20,000 nucleotides of DNA from Lama guanicoe (GCA_013239625.1 MU053821.1:59943-79942); one strand, 5' to 3'. Numbered from the stretch's first letter, positions 1-10,330 are shown. The notes: a model not told the origin generated them from the letters alone. Numbers and translations are program-made.

Positions 1-278
1 ATAAATGCCACTTAGATTAAATCTATTTAAAGGTTAATATACAGGCATCACTAGAGTAAGCCATGGCAGTAGCTGAACTGGATAATATGCTATTTATATA
101 GCCAGACCATGAAAATCCACCACTTGGATTTTTGGTAACATTTTCACATACAATTATATTCTTTAATTTCACAGACATTTTGACTACATTTACCTCTCAA
201 AGTTAGGCAGTGTTGGAGAAATGTAATTGAAAGACCATACAAACTGACCCAGTTTTATACTCAACAGCTATGTGGATT

Positions 279-812
279 TGTAATAGAGAAGAACAAATCT
301 GACTCCATATTGGATCTGTTCCTTTAGTTCTAACCACTGAGCCCTGTTTTCTAGGCTTGGTCTTGCTAGTTCTTCACCTTTTATAAAACAATGTTGCCTT
401 TAGCCTGAGATATAGGGAAAGCCTATTCTCAGGGCTCTGTCCTTTAAGGTTGTTAGTACTTCTACATTTATGTAGAGATGGCAAGTTGCAAAATGGAGAA
501 TATTCTTTGTTTTGTTGGAGGTTTACAGGAACACCATTGTCTGACCCATGGGTGGCTGCAAAAACATAGAATTCCTACAGCAAAAAGTTTGTGACAATGA
601 ACCACACCCCCTCCTCTGTTTTGTTTGTTTGTTTGTTTTATAAAAGGAGCCTGTATTCTGACCAGAGCAAGATGGTTCCCTAAGACATTAGTCTGCTATC
701 TTTGTGATCTGCTGACTTTCTAAATAAAGTCGCTATTCCTTGGCCCAACACCTCATCTCCCAGTTTACTACCCTGTTGTGTGGTGAGCAGAATGATTTTG
801 GACTCAGTAACA
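279..812 (+). mobile_element. Solo ERV1-type LTR (different family)
   Basis: TGTAATAG...CAGTAACA termini, 4-bp TSD GATT (275-278 and 813-816), TATAAAA 639-645 and AATAAA 723-728. Interrupts a MIR-like sequence. Confidence 0.88.
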
Positions 813-1244
813 GATTTAGGAAGTTTTATCACTATTTCAAAATTTCACTTTGCATATCTCTGCTATGAGATAATCTCCACTTTAGTAGTTTTTCTTAAGT
901 ACATGGAAGAAACCTGTAGTATTCTGTTAAATGTTTTATGGTAGATTCTTGGGAGGGAGGTAAAGCCCTGTTTTGTACCATTTGTTGATTTTCTTGGTCA
1001 AAATACTCCTACCACGACCAATTTCAAGATACAAATGTAACATTAAATATGGAGTTGAGAAGAGTTGTACTGTCTTGGATAATCTGTCTTAAGGTTCCTA
1101 ACACAAAAATGCTTGCCTAGAATACAGCAAACATTCACAAAATATTACATCCCTTCCCCTACTCTTAACAGGAACATTTAAATTGATTTAGGACTTTGCC
1201 CTTTTAAAAATATTTCATATATACTATCTTATTAAATTTTGAAG

Positions 1245-1350
1245 GAATGTTGTGAAATGGGCAGAATGGGTATTATTTCTATATTTCACAGTTGAAAAAT
1301 CTCAGGCTCAGAGCTGGAGCAAAGCCCCAAAGCCACAAAGTTAGTAATAC
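1245..1350 (-). mobile_element. MIR SINE fragment (interrupted by MLT1)
   Basis: gtattattt...tttcacagttgaaaaatctcaggctcagag...aaagccacaaagttagtaa is an antisense MIR core. Confidence 0.6.
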
Positions 1351-1360
1351 GTAAAATGAG

Positions 1361-1850
1361 TGCAGCAAGAAGACTAATGGTCAAGGCTGGCTGCATCCTA
1401 ATCAACATAACCTGTGAATTTGGTTTGTTACCGAAATAAAGAGAATTTAGGTTGCTAATGAATTTAAGATTACTAATCAGCTGACTAGATTGGAATAGGC
1501 ACAATATAGTCATGAAGTTCTTATAGGCTAAAGACAAGGGCAGAAAAGAAGAATCAAAGAGGAACGTGATTATGGAAGAAAGGTCAGAAAGATACAGTGT
1601 TACTAGCTTTAAAGATGGAAGAACAGCTACAAGCCTGGGAATATGGGTGGTTTTTTAAAAACTGAAAAAGACAAGGAAACGGACTTTTCCCTATAGCCTA
1701 CAAAAGGAACACAGGCATATAAAGCCTTTGTTTTAGTCCAATAAAGCTTTTGTGGGACCTCTGAACACCAGAGCTGAAAGGTAGTAAATTAGTGATGTCT
1801 GAGCTGTTAAATCTGTGATAATTTTATAGCAGCCAAGCGAAAGTAATACA
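1361..1850 (+). mobile_element. MaLR LTR, MLT1D-like
   Basis: Recognisable MLT1 motifs: catcctaatc..aacctgtgaat, gctttaaagatggaag, aaagacaaggaaacggacttttccctatagcct, and terminal tatagcagcc...agtaataca. Confidence 0.8.
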
Positions 1851-2008
1851 GTGGACTGGCAACTAGATTTCCTTATTCCTAAAATCAGCTGTGACATTAG
1901 CAGTAATACTGACTTCATCACCACAGAAATCATGGTGCTAAGGTGTCAATCCTTCAGGGGAACTTAAAAGATCTGGTAGCATCTGGAGTATTTCTGGCAG
2001 TGTAGTCT

Positions 2009-2529
2009 TGTTGCAGCAAAATGTGTTACAGCTTGGTGTTACAGCTCAGTTGTGACAGCAGCCTGGATCCGGGTGAGAAACCAAGCAACAGAGGGTTGGA
2101 GAACACAGGGTTTTTATGGCAGCGGGCCCAGAGGAGTTAACACTCCAAGCTCTTGACCGTATCTGTAGGTTTACACAGGCATTTATAGGCTGCTAGTCTA
2201 TTCTTCGCAATATCGTATGCAAATAAGGTGTAACAAAAGTTCACTAATTAGAAACGAGATTTGTAGAAATGGACCAATCAGGGGTGATAGAAATGGACCA
2301 ATCAGGAGTGAGCTCCAAGCAAATGAAGTGCTACAAATGGATCTATCAGGAGTTAGCTCAGGGAACCAAGATAATCTTAGGGGTAAGTTCCACTTTTCTA
2401 GAAGTAAGTCGTTTCAGAGGCAAAAAGTAAGATAATGCCGTGTAGCCAGGGAACCGGATGGTGCTGACAGTAAAGTAGTGGCCCTGCCTGGGGGTCCTGC
2501 TGGTCTTTTTCATGAGGCTTCCCACCTCA
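2009..2529 (-). repeat. 3' LTR of the provirus
   Basis: Colinear with 8001-8525 (about 89 mismatches and one 4-nt gap by hand count). TATAAA 2187-2182, octamer 2217-2224. Preceded by the PPT. Confidence 0.95.
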
Positions 2530-2541
2530 TTACCCTCTTTT
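2530..2541 (-). other. Polypurine tract
   Basis: Minus strand AAAAGAGGGTAA directly abutting the TG of the 3' LTR. Confidence 0.85.
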
Positions 2542-2588
2542 GATGCTCTAACATCTGAAGTGAGTATCAGCCTTTAGAGTGGTGCCCC

Positions 2589-3927
2589 TTACTCACCATG
2601 CTCTTCCATGTCCAGGGTCCTGTACTGAGTAACCAGTAGCTGTAGCCTTAATGACACTATTTGTGAACTGATAAAATGACTAATGTGATTAAGTATGCAG
2701 GGACCAAACAGCAGGGCTAGAAGGATCATAAAGAGAGGGACTGCTAGTGGGAGGAGCCAGGAGGCCAAACTCCAGAGGTTTTTCCATTGTGCTAAGGAAT
2801 TTGCTAATGCCTGGTGTCTGCATTCACCTCAATCTCATAGTTGTTGGCCTGCATTTCTGACACTTGCTAATTGATTTACATAGAAATAGCGTTCCTTATT
2901 TAGGAAGAGAAAGTCCACTCTTTAGGGTGGTGAGCAAGTCTAAATCCCTCCTGTTCTGTAGGACTATTGCCACTAGGCATTCTAACTGATTTTGTAGTCA
3001 TCACAGACTCAGCCACTTGTTTTAACTCTTCAGTGACCTCAGTGGGTAACTGCTGGTTAAAGTAGGATGATGAGGGTATTCCTCTTATTCCTGTGCCCAC
3101 TCCAGTCGCTATTCCTAGCCCAATGAGTAGTGGTATTAACTGGATGGCCCTTTTTGATTGAGGATGGGCCTTCAGGGGTATGGGAAGCCTCTGGTTATTA
3201 GGTATTATGTCCATCTGAGGGGTAAGGAAGGCCAGTGTGCACGTACCTGTCCAACTGGCTGGCAGGCACTGGTAGGTGTGTGTCCCACATAAGAAAAAGG
3301 TTTCTGGGCTCAGTGTGCAGAGCTTTCAGGGTTTGACAGGCATATAACCATAAATAGTTGTACAGTTATGGGTTTGGGCACACTGGGCAGTGGCCAGACT
3401 TCCTACATAATGTTTTGTCCCCAGGTTGTGGATGCAGTCAGGAGCTGTGCGGGCCAACTGTGCATTAACTGACTTGGGGCTTACATCTGTGGAGTCCAGG
3501 GACCACACAGTGTGGCCATTAAACTTGGTTATATCTGAGAGGCCTATCAGGCTGGCTACATGCTGAAGGGGCCAGGATGCAGGGAGAACCAACAATCACT
3601 TGCTAGCTGTGGGTTAGTAGCAATTAAATGGTGATGGACCTTGCTTAATAAGGGACTTAATGAGGGGTCCTTGTTATAAGACATGAGCCTAGGTGTATAT
3701 GTATATATACACACACATAACCCCCCTGCCCCGGTCCTTACCAGGTTTATAGAAGGGCCCTGAGCATGTGGACTGGTGTGTGTGGGGGTTTCCTGGGAAG
3801 AAGGTCCCTTCCAAAAGCAAACTGGTGAACAGTTCCCATTGGAACCCCCGCCATTGAGAACCCCCACTATTTCACAAGCAGCAAGAGGGCTTGGGGTTTC
3901 ATTCTTTCTAACACAGAGGTATGGTTA
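2589..3927 (-). pseudogene. env: ERV env remnant (gamma-type SU/TM)
   Basis: TNPQLASDCWFS (decayed CWLC, 3594-3583), FFLCGTHTYQCLPASWTGTCTL, decayed furin site QSKR|AIQLIPLLIGLGIATGVGTG (3160-3149), ISD LQNRRDLDLL (2961-2932), TM anchor WLLPLAVPLFMILLALLFGPCILN, stop TAA 2591-2589. The true start may be as far upstream as 4128. Confidence 0.9.
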
Positions 3928-4128
3928 CTATAAAAGACACAAAATGACCATTAGGCTTCCTATTATAGAGAGATAGAATACAGCTAGTATTAGTTTCTGG
4001 CCTATATTCTAATCCTGGGGTGCAGTGGCCATAGGTCCTACAGCTAGCAATACAGAAACAATACTGATTAATAAAATAAAGTAGGGGTGGCAGTGAGTGT
4101 TCATTTTGTGTCCTGATTGATGTTTCAT
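3928..4128 (-). pseudogene. Candidate small two-TM ORF between pol and env (or extended Env leader)
   Basis: MKHQSGHKMNTHCHPYFILLISIVSVLLAVGPMATAPQD*NIGQKLILAVFYLSIIGSLMVILCLL then TAG TAA. Single internal TAG at 4011-4009. Confidence 0.5.
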
Positions 4129-4170
4129 CAGTCTTCCACAATCCATTAACTAGCCAGCTTCTGGGTGTGA

Positions 4171-5540
4171 CTAGAGTAAGGCTCGGTGCTATCTTGCAGG
4201 TGAGGCAGGTGTCTCTGGTTGTGATTATAAGTGGTTCCTTGAGGTCCTGGTTGATTCTCCAGATGTCCTCATCATGGGCTGGCACTTGTCTCAAAACTGT
4301 GGTGTGATGAATCCATGGGGTGATACCTGCAACTTTAAGAGCTGTCAGGATGGTTACTATAACTAGGTAGGGGCCCCTCCAAGTGGATTTGAGGGGCTCC
4401 TTTTCCCAATCTTTAACCCAGACTTCATCTCTACGCTCACTGGGTGGAACATTGTTCTCAATGAGACTGGGATCCTGTCAGTTACCCATCTATGAAATTT
4501 CCACATAGTCTTTTCAAGGCCCTGCATCTGCTTATGAAGTTCCAAGCCTCCCACCTCTCTAATATTTTCTCCTATTAACATCAGGGGAGGCGGTTCCCAT
4601 ATAGGACTTCAAAAGGGGAGATTTCCTGTTGGACCAAGGGGCATAGAGTACCCAAAGGAGAGCCAGGGGCAGAATGTCAGTCCAAGATAGTGGAGTTTCT
4701 CAACTGAGCTTTACCATCTCCTGCTTTAGGGTCTAGCCCATGTGTGCTATCATCCCTGAATGCTGGGGTCTGTAGGCCAAACATAGATTCCAGCAGGTGT
4801 TTAGTGTTTTTGTCACTTGTACTATTTCCAACACTAATGCGGGTCCATTGTCTGACCCTGTGGTCTGTGGCATCCCAAATCTGGGGATAATATCTCTGAG
4901 TAAGACCTATGTTACTTGTCTTGTTTCCTCAGTCCGTGTTGGGTATCCTTCTACCCATATGGAAAAGGTGCAGACAAAGACCAGCAAGTAGTTGTATTCT
5001 CTGCTGGGCCCTATTTCTGTGAAACCCATTTCTAAAGGAGCCTGGCCACAGCAGTGGATTCCTCTTGGTCCAGTTGACCCCTGTTGTGCATTGTTCTGGG
5101 CACAAATGAGGAAGCTCTGTGAGACTGAGGCACAGAGGGACGGAAGTTGAGGGATTAGACAGTACCATTCCAGCAGGGCCTCTAAGGCAGTCTTTCCCAG
5201 GTGGGTGAGCTCATGTTGCTGAAGGACCACCTGGTGGGCTAATTGTTCATGTATATATATCCGTTCATCAGGCATCACCCATCATCCTTCCTTTCCTTGG
5301 ATTTTTCCTTCATTTTTGGCCCTTGAGTATTTCTCTTGGCTGTATGCTGTAGATGATGGTAGTTTCGATGCTAGTAGAACATTTGTGATGGTCTCAGGGC
5401 CTCTGGGATAGCCCAATTGACTTGCTGCTTCTCATGCAACCTGATCTGCCAGTTGGCTTCCTCTGCTTATGGGGTCATTTCCTTTTTTGGTGTCCTTTAT
5501 AGTGGATGATTGACACTTCTGAGGGTTCCCAAACTGCCTC
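4171..5540 (-). pseudogene. pol: ERV pol remnant: RNase H C-terminus and integrase
   Basis: AVWEPSEVSIIHYKGHQ..GNDPISRGSQLADQVA (RNase H end). Zn-finger remnant HELTHLG...FLIC. Core YLLVFVCTFSIWVEGYPT, IIPRFGMP..GSDNGP. C-terminal GPY...LKVAGITPWIHHT. Probable stop TAG 4173-4171. Multiple disruptions. Confidence 0.9.
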
Positions 5541-6699
5541 TCATAGAAGTCCATGGGGGACTCTGGCTTTTGGATCATTGTGGTATTTGACATGTTGGTT
5601 GGTTTCTTCACCTGATTCACAACCCAAGCAGGAGGGCTCTCCAATATGTCCACAGAGCCTCCTGTTCAGCTTGGGAGTTAGAGTTCCATTCTGATCTTCT
5701 GTCTGGGGCTGCATTCCAGGCCCATTTCTGGGCATCCATGGTTCCTTCTGGGGCCTGCTTTTGAAGACATTTTCTAGTTTCTGTCATGATCCACTTTCTT
5801 TCTTTAGTATTGAAGAGTGTCAGGAGCAGCTGATGGATGTCATCCCAAGTCGGCTGGTTGGAAAATGGACTCTAGGAGGTCAATCATGGCCTGGGCTTTT
5901 TCTGAATGTGGCAGTGTGTGGAGTCACCAGTTCAAGAGGTCTGTTGTACTGAAAGGTTGGTACAGGTTGGAGTGGCTGCGCTGTACAGAGCCATCATCGT
6001 TAATTTTTTGGAGCCCTTGGGTCTCCCGGAGAGGCATCCAGAGGGAGGGGCACTGGCTGGGTGGCTTGCAGGGCCAGAGTTTCTTTCCCTTGGGCTCCTG
6101 GCTGTTAATATGTTGGGGACCTTGGTTCTCCTAGAGAGGCATCTGGAGGGTGGCTGCTGGCTGGGAAGCCTGCAGGGCTGAAAGGATTTTTCTCCCCATG
6201 GGCTGCTGGCCTAGAGCCCAGGGTTGCTGTGGTGGTACATGTGGCAGTGGACCATCTGGTAGAGGCACCTGTAGTGGAACTGCAGAAGCAGGAGGAACAC
6301 ATGGCAGGGACACTATTGGGAGTTCTTCAGGGTTCCCCCAAAGAACTCACCTCATTGTGTCTTTCTTTTCTACCTTTAATGTCAGGACCACAGGGATCTT
6401 ATATTGTGCCTGACAATTTGCATAATGCCGGACCCATGGAGGCAAGGTTTGGGCAATTGTTAGCCAAGAGTCAATGTATGGGAATTGATTGGGTTGCCCT
6501 GGGGTTGTAGTGATTATCCACTATATGGCCCCAGCAGCTGACAGGTTGAGTGTGCCTTTTGGGGGTCATCCCACTCCAAAAGTGGGCCACTCTAACTCCC
6601 AAAATGCGTGTAATTTTTCTGGTGAAAACTTAATCCCATAGTTTCCTGACAAACCCTTTTGAAATGTTTAATCATGCAGTCCAGAACTGTCAGCTTTGA
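5541..6699 (-). pseudogene. gag: ERV gag remnant (MA, p12-like, CA truncated at the MHR)
   Basis: MA: SKLTVLDCMIKHFK / GNYGIKFSPEKLHAFWELEWPTFGVG*PPKGTL / PGQPNQFPYIDSWL. CA: MPLRE, YQPFSTTDLLNW (5962-5927), WDDIHQLLLTLF, MHR-like QKPESPMDFYER. Start codon lost; stops and frameshifts present. Confidence 0.9.
5999..6211 (-). repeat. Tandem duplication (105 + 108 bp) in gag at the p12/CA junction
   Basis: 5999-6103 and 6104-6211 both start gttaat..tgg and share tctcc..gagaggcatc..gaggg, ctggctggg, tgcagggc and tgggct.ctggc; roughly 75-80% identical. Confidence 0.85.
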
Positions 6700-6719
6700 T
6701 TATTATTAGTTGACAGATT

Positions 6720-7195
6720 TTATGGCCTATAGATGTGGGTATGCTTCTGGCACTGTGGACTGTGACCCCAGTATCTCTGCTTTTCCACTCCTCAAAAGAG
6801 TGGAGTTCTCAAAAAGCCCACTGCTTCACTGGGCCTAATATCTATCTACTTGGCTGCAAGTGCTGCCAATAAGTCAGGGTTTCATGACAGGCAGGTGTCT
6901 CTGATGCTCTCCTGGGTCTTCATGAGCTCTAGGGGTCCCTGCACAAAGTCTTTTCTATAGCCTAAATTGACCAAATATGGTGCTGGAATGGCCAGCTGGT
7001 GGCAGAATAAGTGGACCCAAAAGGGGACCTCAAAAGAGGGTTCCAGCCAGTCCTGGAGTGGCTCCCTCTGGCTCAGGTCATTTGGTCTTAATTTTAGACA
7101 GAGGAGTAGTATTGAGACCGGTTTATCAATCACAACAGGATATTCTGGGGGACTGGTGACAAAGTTGCGTCTGAAATTTTTTTAAGTAGTTTCAT
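6720..7195 (-). pseudogene. Candidate decayed pre-gag accessory ORF (~158 codons)
   Basis: AAG-ATG at 7195, one frameshift in an A7 run, ~100 open codons, then only three internal stops before TAA 6722-6720, immediately upstream of gag. Confidence 0.5.
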
Positions 7196-7978
7196 CTTAG
7201 TCCCCAAGGGCACAGGTGTCCTTTACTCATAGGCTGTTCTATGTCCCTTTCTTGCCTTGTCTAGCCACCCAGTGCCAGTGTTGCAAATGAGACAATGGGA
7301 GGGTTTTCACTGAGTCCGCCTGACCACTTCCCTCGCAGGGATGAAGGTTCCTCTTAGCTTTGGCCGGTCAGTATAAACTGCTGACATCGATTAGTACCCC
7401 AAGGGGCTGATATCGCCATGAGCCATATGAGGTCACTACAGAACTGCAGGTTGGGACTCACTCAAACTCTGTAGCAGAATGCGGTGGAGCTACAACTTGA
7501 TCCGGTTCACGTGCTTTTCAGGCTGCACACATACTCTCACACACATACAGAAATTATTTGCAAATTTCCCTCCATATCACTGGGGCGTCCCTAACCTAAT
7601 CTAATCTGATCTCCCCATCTGAAATACCATAGGACAGGGAGCCTGACCTGGTCTCCCCGCCTAGAACACTGCCAGACAGGGATCCTGGAGGAGGTAATCA
7701 GTCTCCTCTTCTATCCACTGGGACAGCACCTGAATACCCTAACTTAAATATGGACACTCCCCAGGGTTCCTACCTTGTTCAGCCATGTTGCTTGGTGAGT
7801 TGGTCCATCCCTCCACTAAGTCTGGTTGGGGCACTGCCACTCAGAAGACTGAATCACTTCTGTGAAGGAGGACCCAGAATACCTTCAGGTGGCATGCCTC
7901 CTCGGTTGCTTTCAGAGTTTCCGAACTTCAGTGGGTTGTTCCACCACCCTGGTGGCTCAAGGGATTAGCGTGGTTGGA

Positions 7979-7996
7979 ATTTTGCTGGGGCCTCCA
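7979..7996 (-). other. Primer-binding site, tRNA-Thr(UGU)-like
   Basis: Minus strand TGGAGGCCCCAGCAAAAT, 4 nt after the 5' LTR. Matches the complement of a mammalian tRNA-Thr(TGT) 3' end recalled as TGGAGGCCCCAGCGAGAT at 16/18. Confidence 0.8.
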
Positions 7997-8000
7997 GAAA

Positions 8001-8525
8001 TGTTGCAGCAAAGCATGTTACAGCTCACTGTTACAGCTCAGTTGTGACAACAGCTTGGATCCTGGTGAGAGACCATGCAGCACTCAGAGGTTTGGAGAAC
8101 TCGGGTTTATTACACCAGTGGGCCCAGAGACGTTAACACTCCAAGCTCTGGACCCTGTCTGGAGGTTTACACAAGGTTTTATAGGCTGCCATTCTACACT
8201 TTGCAACATCATATGCAAATAAGGTGTAACAACATTTCACTAATTATGAATGAACTTTGTAGAAATGGACCAATCAGGAGCATTAGAAATGGACCAATCG
8301 GGAGTGCGCTCCAACCAAAAGAAGTGCTCCAAATGGACCAATCAGGAGTTAGCTCAGGGAACCAATAGAATCTTAGGGGTAAATTCCACTTTCCTAGAAG
8401 TAAACTGTTTTAGAGTTAAAAAATGAGATAATGCCACCAGGCCAGGGAACTGGATGTTGCTAGCAGAAGGGTAGTGGTGCTACCCTGGGGACCTGCCGGG
8501 CTTTTTCATGGAGCTTCCCACCTCA
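8001..8525 (-). repeat. 5' LTR of the provirus
   Basis: Minus strand TGAGGTGGGAAG...TTTGCTGCAACA. TATAAA 8183-8178, octamer 8213-8220, four inverted CCAAT boxes and AATAAA ~8111-8106. Followed by the PBS. Confidence 0.95.
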
Positions 8526-9247
8526 GTCTGAGAGCTGCAGAAAACATAAAGACTGTTCATTTCCCCATTGGCACGCAGAAATAGTCTTTCCCTAAGACAA
8601 GCATATTTTATTAGCCTTTTTCCAGAGCAAGGTGAATTCTAGCTTAAGACTGAAGAAAAACACCCTGATGAATGGGTTCAAGGAAACCCAGACTCTGATG
8701 CTGCCATCTTAGTTTCAGCAAAACTCTTAACTGGATTTGGGCCTTTGAACCAGTGACTTATGTACTGTATACTTACTGAAGGAAATTTTCACATATTGAA
8801 GTATGAGGACATCATTCTGGCTTGTACATAATTTGCTTGAACTTTATGCTATCCATAATAACCATCTTATGGCCCATCAAACATGCATTGTACATCTGCT
8901 TTAACCGTTAGAGGAAAGAATGCACTTAAAAATCATAATGGAGTAATTGTGGTGTCTCCATCATTAGGACATGTAAGAGGATATGTGGAAACCAGGTCAA
9001 GTTTCTCAGATAGTTAGCTGCAGCAGAGCATTGATAGAATTCTTCATCCCTTGATTTCATCCCCAGTTGACAGTCTCTGAGCTAGGATTGAGACATCATT
9101 GAGCATAGCAGATCCATGAATTCTGGTCTTTGTCCTCTCTGACAAAGGAACTTTCATATATGACTTCCAGTGATCCTTTTGGTGTTCTTGGGATGTCTTG
9201 TAGCAGTTCATTTGCAAATTGCTGCCACTTCTCAACTGAATCAAGAA

Positions 9248-9415
9248 CAGGACCTTTGCATACTTACACATGATGTGATGTGAAACTGTAAGCTGCTTGT
9301 TGAAAATTATTAAGAATTTCAATATGGCACTATAAGCATTAAGCCAAGTAGAGGGCCCTTGTGAATATGGAGCCTTTTGCAATGGAACAGGTCACAAACC
9401 CATGAAACTCAGACT
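9248..9415 (-). mobile_element. MER91-like hAT DNA transposon relic
   Basis: caggacc...aaaattattaagaatttcaa.atggc...agcattaa.ccaag...gggccctt...acaggtcaca..cccatgaa resembles the reverse complement of MER91A (from memory). Confidence 0.65.
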
Positions 9416-10069
9416 CCAAGAGAAGAAATCATCAAAGAAAGCCAAGAGGCTCATCTTGGCATGATTTGAGTTTTCCCTTAAATTTAGCTAGTGGTCTGTT
9501 ACATGTGCTTCACCTTTCATATCATAAAATCACTAAATACTTCCTGCTGATGATGCAGGAGCCACATCCTATAGGAAAATGTTCACAGATAAGCACATTA
9601 AATATATGAACTTATTTAAAATTATTACTACTACTAGTACTACTAATTTTATTTCACAATGGAATAAGAAGTTTATAATTTTAATACAGAAATCAACTGG
9701 GAATATGTATTGTTTCCTATTTCAATATATTATTTGATCTGCTATTTTTTCAACCATTGTAATATGAAAGACTGATGGTAAAAATATTATAGTGAAAAGC
9801 TGTGGGAAACTAGTAATATTCTGGATATAGAATTCTCTATAATGCAAATGTGTTTTTAGGAAAGTCAAAAGAGCATGTTGGATTTCAAGATAATAACTTG
9901 AAAATTAGGGCAGGCAAATTTTTAGTATGTATAATCTATTATTTTAATAGCTATATATAAATATTTTAATGATGGAATGTGAATGATTTTATGGGACAGA
10001 TTATAACTGTACCCTTATATTAGCCTATATATATATATAAAAAAAGAAAGCCTTACTACAGGATTAGAG

Positions 10070-10330
10070 AAGTATGTGGTTTTTAAACGGGATGGCTTCT
10101 GAGCCAGCTAGTCAGAGTTCACACCTGCTCACTGGCTTTCACTGTGTGACCAGTCATGTGTGGTCTTGGATATGTTATTAATGTCTCCAGGATTCTAGTA
10201 TCTGCAATGGGGTAAAATATCCTGCCTGTCTCATGGGGTTATATGTAAACTTAAGGAGATACTGCATGGGAAATGCTTTCAAATATAGAAAGCATTCAAA
10301 CAATATTTCCTACTTTTATTGCCATTACTG
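10070..10330 (+). mobile_element. MIR SINE
   Basis: ctgtgtgacc / tgtgtggtcttgga..tgttattaa / atctgcaatggggtaaaata.cctgcc..tctcatggggtt, with an ATT-rich tail. Confidence 0.6.

Larger units (their letters stand above)
2009..8525 (-). mobile_element. Defective class I (gammaretrovirus-like, ERV1) provirus, 6517 bp
   Basis: Two homologous TG...CA LTRs, 4-bp TSD GTCT (2005-2008 and 8526-8529), PBS, PPT, and gag, RNaseH/IN and env remnants in the correct order on the - strand. Confidence 0.96.

Noticed and set aside
2217..2435. ORFs with repeated RNGPIR (also 8075-8368)
   Set aside because: Translation of the LTR U3 CCAAT repeats (agaaatggaccaatcagg); non-coding.
2589..4128. env as a domesticated syncytin-like gene
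   Set aside because: Multiple stops and frameshifts; CWLC is CWFS, the furin site is QSKR, and the CX6CC cysteines are destroyed.
6784..6835. Two short hairpins before gag (TCCACTC/GAGTGGA; GCCCA/TGGGC) as a packaging signal
   Set aside because: Stems of only 5-7 bp; cannot be distinguished from chance without covariation data.
4203..6903. 15-bp exact direct repeat aggcaggtgtctctg at 4203-4217 and 6889-6903
   Set aside because: A single 15-mer match in 20 kb is not far from chance and does not extend.
8530..9382. Possible coding relic and the 112-aa ORF 9044-9382
   Set aside because: No recognisable protein in the frames examined; the ORF start lies within the MER91-like relic.
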